A program made the position numbers and the translations under genes. Below, piece by piece: positions 15,430 to 24,577 of a DNA stretch of 51,342 nt. Where the stretch lies: IMG/VR virus record IMGVR_UViG_3300037467_000112, positions 1-51,342 of that record; one strand, written 5' to 3'. Within the stretch, counting starts at the first letter, position 1. Each line of letters opens with the position of its first letter. Under the pieces are notes generated by a model, which made no database searches, was not told the DNA's origin, and saw only the letters and a list, made by a program, of their open reading frames with translations. Source of the DNA: a virus (taxonomy: Duplodnaviria > Caudoviricetes).

Positions 15430-15762
15430 GTGACCATGAGTAAGAAAATCATTAGTGCAGACTTCGACGGCGACTGCATTATCCTTCGGTTTGAGGGCGG
15501 CGGCGGCGTCTCCATCAGTGATGAAGGCCAGTCCTGCTGTGAACATCGCTACATGACGAGTGATGATAACGTCGGTGATCTGGTGGGTGGTGAGTATCTT
15601 GGCTTCGAGGTCAAGGATGCAGATTACTCCGACGATGATTACGGTGTTCACGAGATTCAATTTCTTGAAGTCAAGTCCACCAATGGGTCATGCGTCTTCG
15701 AGACCCACAACGAGCACAACGGTTATTACGGCGGCTTCTGGGTGGTAGAACGTGAACTCTAA
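15430..15762 (+). CDS. Conserved phage hypothetical protein (CCE...NGYYGG type)
   Basis: QSCCEHRY and HNGYYGG motifs; AGGAG RBS. Confidence 0.75.
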   Translation: MTMSKKIISADFDGDCIILRFEGGGGVSISDEGQSCCEHRYMTSDDNVGDLVGGEYLGFEVKDADYSDDDYGVHEIQFLEVKSTNGSCVFETHNEHNGYYGGFWVVEREL

Positions 15763-15934
15763 TCGCCCCTTTTGGTATCGTTCAGAGCAGAAGGGTCTGT
15801 GCTCAATCTGGTTCAAGGATCAACGAGTTCGTCCCTATGTTCTTTCAGACTTCAAGCACGAAGATGATACGTACCCCCTTGCTAAGGCTCGGGAGTGGGT
15901 CGTCGAGCGGAATGATGCTTGGAGCCTTGTATGA
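15752..15934 (+). CDS. Hypothetical protein (60 aa)
   Basis: ORF overlapping both neighbours. Confidence 0.5.
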   Translation: MNSNRPFWYRSEQKGLCSIWFKDQRVRPYVLSDFKHEDDTYPLAKAREWVVERNDAWSLV

Positions 15935-16119
15935 GATGTTACATCTGCGACACCCATATGGACGAGCTGCGTATCGACCGCCGAGACGGCAAGGTCCGCC
16001 CTTGCGGGACGTGTGAGTCTGAGATCGCTGAGCTAGTTGCTGACTACGACCGTGAGGCCGTCCACGTTTATGACGGCAAGGAAATTGACATCGGAAAGGT
16101 ATTGGAATTTGGCGTGTAA
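15931..16119 (+). CDS. Small Zn-finger protein
   Basis: MRCYICD...CGTC; GGAG RBS. Confidence 0.65.
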   Translation: MRCYICDTHMDELRIDRRDGKVRPCGTCESEIAELVADYDREAVHVYDGKEIDIGKVLEFGV

Positions 16120-16747
16120 AGTAAATTGGGTTACCCCGAACGGGGACGAACTGGTCACGTACATGGCGAAGGTGTCTAACCCTAAGCGTGAATTTGAGTC
16201 GTCCCCAAAGCTGCTTCGTTATCTGCTGGACCACAATCACTGGTCCCCCTTCGAAATGGTGAATGCCTGTGTTGAAATTGAAACAACTCGTGATATCAGT
16301 CGCCAAGTTCTGCGACACCGATCCTTCTCATTTCAAGAGTTTTCTCAACGTTATGCAGAAGTCAATGAGGTACGCTCATGCGTACGGGAGTTCCGATTAC
16401 AAGATAAGACAAATCGCCAGAACTCAATTGAAGTATTGGACGACGAACTACAGAAAGAATGGGAAGCCGCCCAACAGGCTGTTGCGACTCATGCTGAGAA
16501 AGTTTACCGAGAGTTTCTGGATCGAGGCATTGCTAAAGAACAAGCCCGCGTTGTACTACCCGAGGGACTAACCCCAACCACGATGCATATGAACGGCACG
16601 CTCCGTTCATGGATTCACTACTGGCAGGTCCGCTGCACGCCAGAGACTCAGAAGGAACATCGGCTCTTGGCTGAAGAGACGCGTAAGATGATCCTTCCTC
16701 ACTTTCCCATTATTCGAGAGGCACTCAACAATGACCAAGCTGGTTGA
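16109..16747 (+). CDS. thyX: Flavin-dependent thymidylate synthase
   Basis: HWSPFE, RQVLRHRSFSFQEFSQRY, ARVVLP, R...TQKEHR; TTG 16109 is the probable start. Confidence 0.95.
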   Translation: MACKVNWVTPNGDELVTYMAKVSNPKREFESSPKLLRYLLDHNHWSPFEMVNACVEIETTRDISRQVLRHRSFSFQEFSQRYAEVNEVRSCVREFRLQDKTNRQNSIEVLDDELQKEWEAAQQAVATHAEKVYREFLDRGIAKEQARVVLPEGLTPTTMHMNGTLRSWIHYWQVRCTPETQKEHRLLAEETRKMILPHFPIIREALNNDQAG

Positions 16748-17021
16748 AGCTCTTATCCCCAACACTACTCTATATGGCTATGAATCGCTTGAGGAGATCA
16801 AGCAAAAGATTGCCAGCATTGAAGAGTTGGTGATTGCTGAAACGTACACTGACGTTCATCTTGCGATAAAAGAGGACTATGGCGACACCGTAGTCTGCTT
16901 TTACGGAAAGCGACTAGAGACGGAACCCGAAAAGGCAGCACGTCTGAAGGCAGAGCACGCCAACCTTGACTGGAGACGTAGGCAATATGAAGTCTTGAAG
17001 AAAGAGTTTGAAGAAAAGTAA
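16731..17021 (+). CDS. Hypothetical protein (96 aa)
   Basis: ORF with GAGG RBS. Confidence 0.65.
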   Translation: MTKLVEALIPNTTLYGYESLEEIKQKIASIEELVIAETYTDVHLAIKEDYGDTVVCFYGKRLETEPEKAARLKAEHANLDWRRRQYEVLKKEFEEK

Positions 17022-18651
17022 GTTCGTTCGTCACGAAGCCTGCCCTAAGTGCGGCAGCTCAGATGCTTGTGCCCGTCATGACGATGGGCACAGGTACTGT
17101 CACAGTTGTAACACCTATTTTCCCGGAGACAATATTATAGAAAATAACGACGATTATGTCGTTGAACGCAGTCTGAACATTCGCCCTGTTCCCAAAGAGT
17201 TCCGGCCGCTAGCTGACCGCAAGATCAGTGAGGCGACCGCCCGGAAGTTTTTGGTAACAGCGGTGGCAGACGAGAACAACGAGGTCAAGCATGTCTATCC
17301 GTACTTTAATAAAGATGGTCAGCACGTCGCCAACAAGCTCAGAGCACGTTTTGATAAAGCATTTAAATGGGAAGGAGATGCGCGACAGTCTACTCTCTTT
17401 GGCCAAAGCCTATTCCCAGCTGGATCAGCGAAAGCTATCACTCTTGTTGAGGGTGAGTGCGACGCGATGGCTGCCTACGAGATGCAGGGTAGTCGCTATC
17501 CGGTGGTTTCAGTTCATTCTGCAGGTTCGGCAGCAAAAAACTGCGTAGACAATTTCGAGTACCTTAATTCCTTTGAAACCATTGTAATCTGTTTCGACAG
17601 GGACGAGGCTAAGGTTAACCCTAAGACGGGTGCCGTCCACTATCCCGGACAGGAAGCCGCGCTGACTGTGGCAGCGATGTTCCCCATCGGCAAGGTCCGC
17701 ATTCTGACCTTGAGCGACCACAAGGACCCCAACGACTACCTAGTTAACGGTAAGGCTGGTCAGTTCATCAAAGAGTGGTGGGCTGCTCCTTCGTTCACGC
17801 CTAGCGGGCTTAAGCTGGGCAAGGACATGTGGGAAGAGATCAGTACCCCGAAGAACTACGAGACGTGCCCGTATCCGTGGGAAGGCATGAACTACATGAC
17901 CTACGGTATCCGGTTGTCTGAGCTTGTTATCGTCACCGCTGAAACTGGTGTCGGTAAAACCAGTGTGCTGAAGGAGATCGAATATCATCTGCTTTCCACG
18001 ACTGACAAGGGCGTGGGTTTTCTCCATCTCGAAGAACCCAACTCCGACACCGCCCTCGGGCTTATGTCTATTGATGCTAATAAGCCTCTACATCTTCCTG
18101 ATGTGCGGGCAGAGGTAACCAAGGATGAACTTCGCAAGCATTATGACACGGTTATCAATAATGATCGTGTGGTTATCTGGGATCACTTTGGGAGCAACTC
18201 TGTCCATGAAGTGCTCAACAAGATTAGACATATGCACAATCTTGGCTGCAAGTACATTGTTCTGGACCACCTTAGTATTGTGGTCAGTGATCAGTCTGGC
18301 GATGAACGCAAACAGCTTGATGAGATTACTACAAAGCTGAAGACGCTCTGCATGGAGCTGAACATTGCGGTGATCGCAGTTATCCACCAGAACCGAGCAG
18401 GCCAAATTCGGGGCACGGCTGGTGTGGAACAATTGGCGAACATCGTAATCAAGCTGCATCGAGACAAAGAGGACCCTGATGAGTGGAGACGTAATGTCAC
18501 GAAGATCGTTGTCCAGAAAAACCGCTTCTGCGGACGGACCGGCCCCGGGGTGTATCTGTGGTACTGTCCTGAAACTGGACGACTTCTTGAACTGGATAAA
18601 GATCAAATCGTCCAATACGAAAGCGGAGCAACCGGAAAGGAAATGTGGTGA
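17008..18651 (+). CDS. T7 gp4-like primase/helicase
   Basis: N-terminal Zn ribbon (CPKCGSSD..CHSC), TOPRIM (EGECDA, FDRD, KDPND), Walker A AETGVGKT, LDHL, KNRF.G.TG. Confidence 0.96.
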   Translation: MKKSKFVRHEACPKCGSSDACARHDDGHRYCHSCNTYFPGDNIIENNDDYVVERSLNIRPVPKEFRPLADRKISEATARKFLVTAVADENNEVKHVYPYFNKDGQHVANKLRARFDKAFKWEGDARQSTLFGQSLFPAGSAKAITLVEGECDAMAAYEMQGSRYPVVSVHSAGSAAKNCVDNFEYLNSFETIVICFDRDEAKVNPKTGAVHYPGQEAALTVAAMFPIGKVRILTLSDHKDPNDYLVNGKAGQFIKEWWAAPSFTPSGLKLGKDMWEEISTPKNYETCPYPWEGMNYMTYGIRLSELVIVTAETGVGKTSVLKEIEYHLLSTTDKGVGFLHLEEPNSDTALGLMSIDANKPLHLPDVRAEVTKDELRKHYDTVINNDRVVIWDHFGSNSVHEVLNKIRHMHNLGCKYIVLDHLSIVVSDQSGDERKQLDEITTKLKTLCMELNIAVIAVIHQNRAGQIRGTAGVEQLANIVIKLHRDKEDPDEWRRNVTKIVVQKNRFCGRTGPGVYLWYCPETGRLLELDKDQIVQYESGATGKEMW

Positions 18652-18842
18652 GTAATCACGAAGAGTTTAAGAAACAGATCGAACATGAACAGAAAGAGCT
18701 AGACGATTTCAAGTGGGCCTTGCGTCACGCAGAATCTCATGGGCTGGGCCGCGAGTTCTTTCAGGATTTCGTTCATGAACTTAAGGGCGGTAACTCAGTG
18801 CATGGGGCCTATCAGTACGCCCTTTATGAGTGGGATCTCTAA
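18645..18842 (+). CDS. Hypothetical protein (65 aa)
   Basis: ORF between helicase and polymerase. Confidence 0.6.
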   Translation: MVSNHEEFKKQIEHEQKELDDFKWALRHAESHGLGREFFQDFVHELKGGNSVHGAYQYALYEWDL

Positions 18843-18845
18843 TTT

Positions 18846-20621
18846 GTGTACCTAAGACACAAAGACCTTAAAAGCTATTGGGTGCTAGACATCGAGACGG
18901 ATGATCTAGCCGCAACGGTGGTCTGGTGTGTGGTCCTGCAAAATGTGGCCACCCGCCAGATCATCAAGTTTCATGGAGATTTCTATAGTGAGTTCAGGCG
19001 TTGGGTGGCGGAACACCCTGAGGCGATCTTTGTTGGGCACAATCTGCTTAGCTTTGACGTTCCCACTCTTAATCGCCTGTGTGGCACTGACATTCCCCTT
19101 GATCGTCTTGTTGACACACTTGTCCTTAGCTACCTCTACGACCCGGTCATGCAGGGGGGTCACAGCCTAGAGGCTTGGGGCGAGCGCTTCAAGTTCCCGA
19201 AGGGAGACTTCAATGACTGGTCTCACTTCTCTGACAAGATGCTTAGCTACTGTGTTCGTGACGTTGAGCTTACTTGTCTGCTCTTTACCCGTCTCACTGC
19301 ACGCATGGCTGCCAGAGGGTTCTCGGAAAAGTCCTGCCAGCTCGAACACCAAATCCGACATGTAGTAAACAAACAGGAAAAGAATGGATTCTGGTTCAAC
19401 GTTCCTAAAGCGGAACAACTTTACGCTGAACTACGACAGCGCGAGCGGGATTATGGAGATCAAATTCACCGACTCTTCCCGCCGGAACTCAAGCTACAGG
19501 AAACCTATCGGTACCGGGTCAAAAGAGATGGGTCTCCTTACAGCACTTTTCTTAGACACACTGAGCAATATGAGAAAGTAGTCCGACGTGGTGACGAATA
19601 TGACGTCTACAGCTACGAAGAGTTCAACATCGGGTCTCCGATGCAGCGTGTCGAGAAGCTCCTTAGCTTGGGCTGGAAGCCTTCTAAGTTCACCCCCAAG
19701 GGTAACCCGCAGGTCGACGAAGAAAGCCTTGTAGCCTTCGCTAATGAGATTGGTTCGGCTGAAGTCCGGGCCATTGCCGACTGGCTTGTCGTTAATGGGC
19801 GGGCCAACATGATCAACACCTGGCTCAACAACGTCAGACCCGACAGCCGTATTCACGGTAAGGTCATGACATGCGGAGCCGGTACAAGGAGAATGACGCA
19901 CAGTGCGCCAAATACAGCCAACATCCCCGGCAATGAAGCCAAGTACGGTCACGAATGTCGGGAGTGTTGGGGTGCCACACCCGGGCGGCGTCGTCTTGTG
20001 GGATACGACGCAAAAGCCCTTGAGATGCGGATGTTCGGCCACTATCTTAACGATCCAGTCGCTGCCGAGCTGTACATCAATGGAGACCCGCACAGCGTCA
20101 ATGCTGCGGCTCTTGGACACGAGAGAAAGCCAGCTAAGACTGATTTCTACGCGTTCATGTACGGAGCTTCCGATGGAAAGCTGGCTCTGCCCCACGGCAA
20201 GGGTCGTGAGTACGGACGGTGGATGCGAGAGACACTCATGTCCAGCACCCCTGGACTTGAAGACCTCATCAAAGAAGTCCAAGCCGAACAGAAAGCCGGA
20301 TTTATTCTTTGTATTGATGGGGGTTTTGTACGCTGTCCCAGCCCTCATGCTGCTCTTAACTATAAGCTGCAGTCGGCAGGTGCCATAACCATGAAACAGG
20401 CTGCAATCTTTATCGACCAACGGGTTCAGGAACGTGGACTGGACTGTCTAAAAGTTGGAGACATCCACGACGAAGGACAACATGACTGTGCTGAAGGCGA
20501 TGCTGAGGAGTTTGGAAAGCTGGCTGTCCAAGCAATCCGAGATGCCGGAGAAGAGCTTAATTTCAGTGTTCCGCTAGACGGAGACTATAAGGTCGGTGGG
20601 ACGTGGGCTGAGACTCACTAA
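18846..20621 (+). CDS. Family A DNA polymerase with 3'-5' exonuclease (T7 gp5-like)
   Basis: LDIET, GHN...FD, DTL, YC..DV; motif A DAKALEMR, motif B KTDFYAFMYGA, motif C IHDE. Confidence 0.96.
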   Translation: MYLRHKDLKSYWVLDIETDDLAATVVWCVVLQNVATRQIIKFHGDFYSEFRRWVAEHPEAIFVGHNLLSFDVPTLNRLCGTDIPLDRLVDTLVLSYLYDPVMQGGHSLEAWGERFKFPKGDFNDWSHFSDKMLSYCVRDVELTCLLFTRLTARMAARGFSEKSCQLEHQIRHVVNKQEKNGFWFNVPKAEQLYAELRQRERDYGDQIHRLFPPELKLQETYRYRVKRDGSPYSTFLRHTEQYEKVVRRGDEYDVYSYEEFNIGSPMQRVEKLLSLGWKPSKFTPKGNPQVDEESLVAFANEIGSAEVRAIADWLVVNGRANMINTWLNNVRPDSRIHGKVMTCGAGTRRMTHSAPNTANIPGNEAKYGHECRECWGATPGRRRLVGYDAKALEMRMFGHYLNDPVAAELYINGDPHSVNAAALGHERKPAKTDFYAFMYGASDGKLALPHGKGREYGRWMRETLMSSTPGLEDLIKEVQAEQKAGFILCIDGGFVRCPSPHAALNYKLQSAGAITMKQAAIFIDQRVQERGLDCLKVGDIHDEGQHDCAEGDAEEFGKLAVQAIRDAGEELNFSVPLDGDYKVGGTWAETH

Positions 20622-20684
20622 TATATAGGCTCTTTCCCGGCCAACTCTAAAGATAGTATAACGTTGAAATGAAAGGTTGTCAAG

Positions 20685-20786
20685 ATGGATGATGAAGAGT
20701 TCGACTGGTTTACGGATCCTAACCGACGAACGGCAGACGACGATTTGTACGAAAACTGGCCGGACAACGCTGCCGATGAACTTTGA
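20685..20786 (+). CDS. Small acidic peptide (33 aa)
   Basis: MDDEEFDWFTDPNRRTADDDLYENWPDNAADEL; AAAGG upstream. Confidence 0.4.
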   Translation: MDDEEFDWFTDPNRRTADDDLYENWPDNAADEL

Positions 20787-20795
20787 GTGTGAAGC

Positions 20796-20966
20796 ATGAA
20801 CGCACCGGGACACATGACCCACTTCCGAGGGATGCCCCTTAAGGACCTATCTCGACAAGAGTTGTACGACGCAATTGAGTATCTCGATCAGATGTACAAT
20901 CAGTGTCTGAAAATCATGAGGCAATATCACCAACCAAAATCAGAACGTAACGTTTATTACGGTTGA
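20796..20966 (+). CDS. Hypothetical protein (56 aa)
   Basis: Short ORF filling the gap before the SSB promoter. Confidence 0.45.
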   Translation: MNAPGHMTHFRGMPLKDLSRQELYDAIEYLDQMYNQCLKIMRQYHQPKSERNVYYG

Positions 20967-20991
20967 CACACAACCTAAAGTTTGGTACTAT
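20963..20991 (+). promoter_or_regulatory. sigma70-type promoter for the SSB operon
   Basis: TTGACA-17 nt-TACTAT with a TG extension. Confidence 0.8.
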
Positions 20992-21061
20992 ATAAGAGTC
21001 GGGGGTGCAGCAATCCTGCACAGACACACTCGACGTTTTCTCAGAGAGGTAATTTTCAAAT

Positions 21062-21562
21062 ATGGCTATGATTCAAGGTAAAGCGTATTGGGCCAAGGTT
21101 GTTGGCGATCCCGTGAAGGGCTACAACCCGGGTGAGTTTGAGTGGAGCATCGACGTGACGGTTGACGCTAACACCAAGAAGCAACTCAAGGAACTCGGTG
21201 TTCTTGATCGGGTTAAAGACAAGGCCGATGAGCGTGGTGCGTTCATTACCTTCAAGCGTAAATCCGTCAAGGCTGACGGTACTCCGGCCAAGCCCATCCG
21301 TATTGTTGACTCGGATGGTAAGGAGTGGGACGGCAAGACCAAGATTGGCAACGGCTCGATTGTCAATGTTAAGTTTGCTGTCAACGAGATTCCCGCCTTT
21401 GGCGGCGGTAAGCCCCGGCTCAAGCCGTCCATTCTAGCGGTTCAGGTCTGGGACCTTGTGCCGTACGAAGGCAAGGGCGACGACTTCCCCCAGAAGAGCA
21501 ACAAGAGGGCCGAGGCGGAAGATTGGTCCGCTGAAGGTGACGACGTTAGCGAGGTTATGTAA
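21062..21562 (+). CDS. Single-stranded DNA-binding protein (T7 gp2.5-like)
   Basis: G.AYWAK, IGNGS.VNV, AVQV..LV.Y and an acidic C-terminal tail; replication context. Confidence 0.85.
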   Translation: MAMIQGKAYWAKVVGDPVKGYNPGEFEWSIDVTVDANTKKQLKELGVLDRVKDKADERGAFITFKRKSVKADGTPAKPIRIVDSDGKEWDGKTKIGNGSIVNVKFAVNEIPAFGGGKPRLKPSILAVQVWDLVPYEGKGDDFPQKSNKRAEAEDWSAEGDDVSEVM

Positions 21563-21723
21563 TGAAGCGTTATACTATGTACGCCCTGCAAGATTACAAT
21601 GGCGCTAGCAGCGAGAAGGTTCAAAACCTGACGGCTGTTGAGGCTGCTGATCTTGTTGAAGAGTATCTTGAGGGCGGCTTTGTAGAGCTGTCTATCTACG
21701 AAGAGGAAGACGTAAACGCGTGA
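21562..21723 (+). CDS. Small acidic hypothetical protein (53 aa)
   Basis: GAGG RBS; TAATG overlap. Confidence 0.55.
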   Translation: MKRYTMYALQDYNGASSEKVQNLTAVEAADLVEEYLEGGFVELSIYEEEDVNA

Positions 21724-22580
21724 AGTCAATTGACACACTGATCGACGACATCAAGGCTCTCTTTGAAGGGGAGCCTCATGAGTGCGATCAGGAGCGTGTC
21801 AAGGAGTTTGGTCAGGCTGTAGCCAACATGGTTGCAGCCCGCCTTGCCGAGGACCGCCGAGATGGGCCTAAGACCCTTAGGATGTCTAACCTCGGTAAAG
21901 GCGACCGACAGCTTTGGTATGAGATCAAAGGAGGCGAGCCCGGCGAGGAGCTGTCTGCCTCCACCAAGCTGAAGTTTCTGTTCGGTGACATTCACGAGCT
22001 TATGTTGATCTTTCTGGCAGAGGAAGCGGGACACACTGTTGAACACAAACAAACTAAGGTCAACGTTAACGGCGTGCTTGGCAGCATGGACGCTATCATT
22101 GACGGGGTTGTGGTGGACGTTAAGTCAGCGAGTCCGTTTGCTTTCCAGAAGTTCAAACAGGCAAAGCTTAAGGACGACGATGCCTTCGGCTACTACGAGC
22201 AACTTGCGGGTTATGTCGAAGGAGCAAATGTGGAAGCTGGAGGAGCGTGGTTGGCTATCGAGAAAGTTGCCGGCCACCTTACCCTCCTCAAGGCCCCTCG
22301 TGAAGAACTAGACGCGCTAAAAATCAGGGACCGCATCACCCACATGCAGGAGGTTCTGTCTTCGGATAACCTTCCTGAACGATGCTACTCAGACGAAGAG
22401 ATGGGCAAGTCCGGCAACCGAAAGCTGGGTGTCAACTGTTCGTACTGTCCTTTCAAAAAGAAGTGTTGGGCCGACAGCAATGGCGGTATCGGACTTCGAA
22501 CTTTTATTTACAGCAATGGGCCGGTGCATTTTACGCACATTGAAAAAGAGCCCAACGGACCTTTGGAGGTAACTTTTTAA
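21720..22580 (+). CDS. PD-(D/E)XK Cas4-like exonuclease
   Basis: LRMSNLG, GSMDAIID..VVDVKS, QL..Y, C-terminal CSYCPFKKKCW. Confidence 0.85.
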   Translation: MKSIDTLIDDIKALFEGEPHECDQERVKEFGQAVANMVAARLAEDRRDGPKTLRMSNLGKGDRQLWYEIKGGEPGEELSASTKLKFLFGDIHELMLIFLAEEAGHTVEHKQTKVNVNGVLGSMDAIIDGVVVDVKSASPFAFQKFKQAKLKDDDAFGYYEQLAGYVEGANVEAGGAWLAIEKVAGHLTLLKAPREELDALKIRDRITHMQEVLSSDNLPERCYSDEEMGKSGNRKLGVNCSYCPFKKKCWADSNGGIGLRTFIYSNGPVHFTHIEKEPNGPLEVTF

Positions 22581-22581
22581 T

Positions 22582-22815
22582 ATGAGCAACATTATCGGTC
22601 TAAATGGCAAGTCGGTTGAAACTACGGTTGAAGCCAAGCCTGAGTACAAAACTTACACCTTCCAGACTCGGAACGGTGACGAAATGACGGCTGAGGGCTA
22701 CATGGCTGTCACTGGTGCGTGGGTTGGTGTCGGTCGTGGTGACGGCGACATTCAATTGATCGTCCCGCTGGACAATCTGCACGCTGCATTCGTGCATCAA
22801 GAAAACTCCAACTAA
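22582..22815 (+). CDS. Hypothetical protein (77 aa)
   Basis: GGAGG RBS and ORF. Confidence 0.7.
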   Translation: MSNIIGLNGKSVETTVEAKPEYKTYTFQTRNGDEMTAEGYMAVTGAWVGVGRGDGDIQLIVPLDNLHAAFVHQENSN

Positions 22816-22857
22816 GATGTGTCGCGGACGCGATTGCGTAGCAACCCGTAGGGCACG

Positions 22858-23208
22858 ATGAACTTCCGGTCAGGGTTCGAAAGAACCTTGGCCACCCAAC
22901 TTCGCAGGTCTAAGATTTCTTGGACCTATGAGACTGAGAAGTACCCCTATGTCCTAAGTCGGACCTACTGTCCTGACTTTATCCTCGCTAATGGTGTGAG
23001 GATTGAGGCCAAAGGGGTACTGGATCAGGAAACTCGAACGAAGATGGTGGCCGTTAAGAAGGCCCACCCTGAACTCGACATTCGCTTTGTCTTCATGGAC
23101 GCCAGCAAGAAATTGCGGAAGGGGTCCAAAACCAACTACGGTGAGTGGGCAACGCGAAATGGGTTCCGGTGGGCAGACCGGGAAATCCCGGAGGATTGGT
23201 TGAAATGA
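22858..23208 (+). CDS. T7 endonuclease I-like Holliday junction resolvase
   Basis: FRSGFE, Y.PDF, IEAKG, HPELDIRFVF, YGEWA..NGF.W. Confidence 0.92.
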   Translation: MNFRSGFERTLATQLRRSKISWTYETEKYPYVLSRTYCPDFILANGVRIEAKGVLDQETRTKMVAVKKAHPELDIRFVFMDASKKLRKGSKTNYGEWATRNGFRWADREIPEDWLK

Positions 23209-23369
23209 TTACTATTACTGAACAAGAGTATAAGTACCTTCAAGGACGCTCCGCTTGGCTTGGTTGTCTTGAAGCTGCCGGTGTAGATAACTGGCAGGGC
23301 TATGACTACGCTCAAGACTACTGGAAAGATATCAGCAGCGACTACGAAGAAGACGACCAAGATGGCTAA
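23205..23369 (+). CDS. Conserved small phage protein (LEAAGVDNW type)
   Basis: GGAGG RBS; L.CLEAAGVDNWQGY. Confidence 0.7.
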   Translation: MITITEQEYKYLQGRSAWLGCLEAAGVDNWQGYDYAQDYWKDISSDYEEDDQDG

Positions 23370-24069
23370 AATTCTAGCTATCGACATCGAATGGAAACCG
23401 GCAGTCGCCTACGTCTGGAAGATGTGGGACGAGAACATCGCACCGGACCAACTGATAGACGAAGGTGGTCTGCTCTGCTTCTCAGCGAACTGGATTGGCG
23501 AAAAGAAGTTCATGTTCTACTCCGAGTGGGACGATGGCTTCGACAAGATGGTAGACGCAGCTCACGAACTTCTAAGTGAAGCGGACGCGGTAATCACCTA
23601 CAACGGAGACAAGTACGACATTCCGAAGCTGACCGGTGCTATGGTCCTTCGGGGTCTTGTACCGCCTCCACCGCTTACAAGCATCGACCTGCTGAAGACT
23701 GTGAAGAAGTTTGGGTTCGTAATGAACCGTCTAGCTTATATCGGTCCTTTGCTTAATGCCGGTCGGAAGATGAAGCACGAGGGTTTTCAACTCTGGCGTT
23801 CTGTGCTGGAGGGAGACGCTCAAGCCCAGAAGCGGATGAAAGAATACTGCATCCAGGACGTTCGGGTTCTGGTTGACCTGTACGAAAAGATCAAGCCCTT
23901 CATCAAGAACCATCCGCATCTTGGCGATAACTACGGTGAGTGCGGAGCCTGTGGATCTAATCATGTCCAAGCCCGGGGCTGGAGACGGACCAAGTTCTTT
24001 CGAATTAGGCGTCTCCAGTGTCAGGAGTGTGGCTCATGGTCTACTGGTGAGCGGGTGAAGGTTAAGTGA
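23362..24069 (+). CDS. DnaQ/RNase H-like 3'-5' exonuclease with a C-terminal Zn ribbon
   Basis: IDIE, YNGDKYD, IDL, YCIQDV; CGACGS..CQECG. Confidence 0.85.
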   Translation: MAKILAIDIEWKPAVAYVWKMWDENIAPDQLIDEGGLLCFSANWIGEKKFMFYSEWDDGFDKMVDAAHELLSEADAVITYNGDKYDIPKLTGAMVLRGLVPPPPLTSIDLLKTVKKFGFVMNRLAYIGPLLNAGRKMKHEGFQLWRSVLEGDAQAQKRMKEYCIQDVRVLVDLYEKIKPFIKNHPHLGDNYGECGACGSNHVQARGWRRTKFFRIRRLQCQECGSWSTGERVKVK

Positions 24070-24215
24070 TGCAGGACGTTGAAACGATTGACCTGTTCCT
24101 AAAACGCATCATCGACAAGTACACCGCCGAAGAGCTTTGCGAAATGCTTGGCCTCACGACGGAACAGATTGTTGATGCGTTCTACGAGCAGGTCCTGGAA
24201 CTTGAAGATGTCTGA
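24069..24215 (+). CDS. Small hypothetical protein (48 aa)
   Basis: TGATG overlap; ELCEMLGLTTEQIVDAF. Confidence 0.55.
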   Translation: MQDVETIDLFLKRIIDKYTAEELCEMLGLTTEQIVDAFYEQVLELEDV

Positions 24216-24513
24216 TCCGCTGACCAAGCAGGTCGGAGGCACTCACTACAAAAAACTAGCCATTCAGCCCATTGAGTACGTAATGCTTAATGGGCTTGGC
24301 TTTTGTGAGGGCAATATTGTTAAGTACATCACCCGATGGAAAGACAAGGGTGGTGTAGACGATCTTAAAAAAGTAATCCATTACACGGAATTTTTGATCA
24401 ATGAGTGGAATGAGAAGCATCAACCCCAAAGAGCGCCGCAAGGTTCGGCGGCAGAACCACATCGCGAAGGACCTTGGTTCCTCCCTTTACAGGCAGCGCC
24501 GCGTGGAGCGTAA
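24208..24513 (+). CDS. DUF3310 / T7 gp1.7-like putative nucleotide kinase
   Basis: QVGGTHY, IQPIEY, F.EGNIVKY..R...KGG..DLKK. Confidence 0.85.
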   Translation: MSDPLTKQVGGTHYKKLAIQPIEYVMLNGLGFCEGNIVKYITRWKDKGGVDDLKKVIHYTEFLINEWNEKHQPQRAPQGSAAEPHREGPWFLPLQAAPRGA

Positions 24514-24577
24514 GCGTCGGGAAGACGAGTGGGTGAATCCGAAGAAATTTTATCTGGAGAGTGAAGAGAGTGAATGA
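24410..24577 (+). CDS. Small basic protein (55 aa) overlapping the tail of the DUF3310 ORF
   Basis: NHIAKDL...YRQRRV pattern recalled from small podovirus proteins. Confidence 0.45.
   Translation: MRSINPKERRKVRRQNHIAKDLGSSLYRQRRVERKRREDEWVNPKKFYLESEESE

Noticed and set aside
21720-22580. Cas4-like gene as evidence of a CRISPR-Cas system
   Set aside because: A solo PD-(D/E)XK exonuclease in the replication module is common in phages; no cas1/cas2 or array is present
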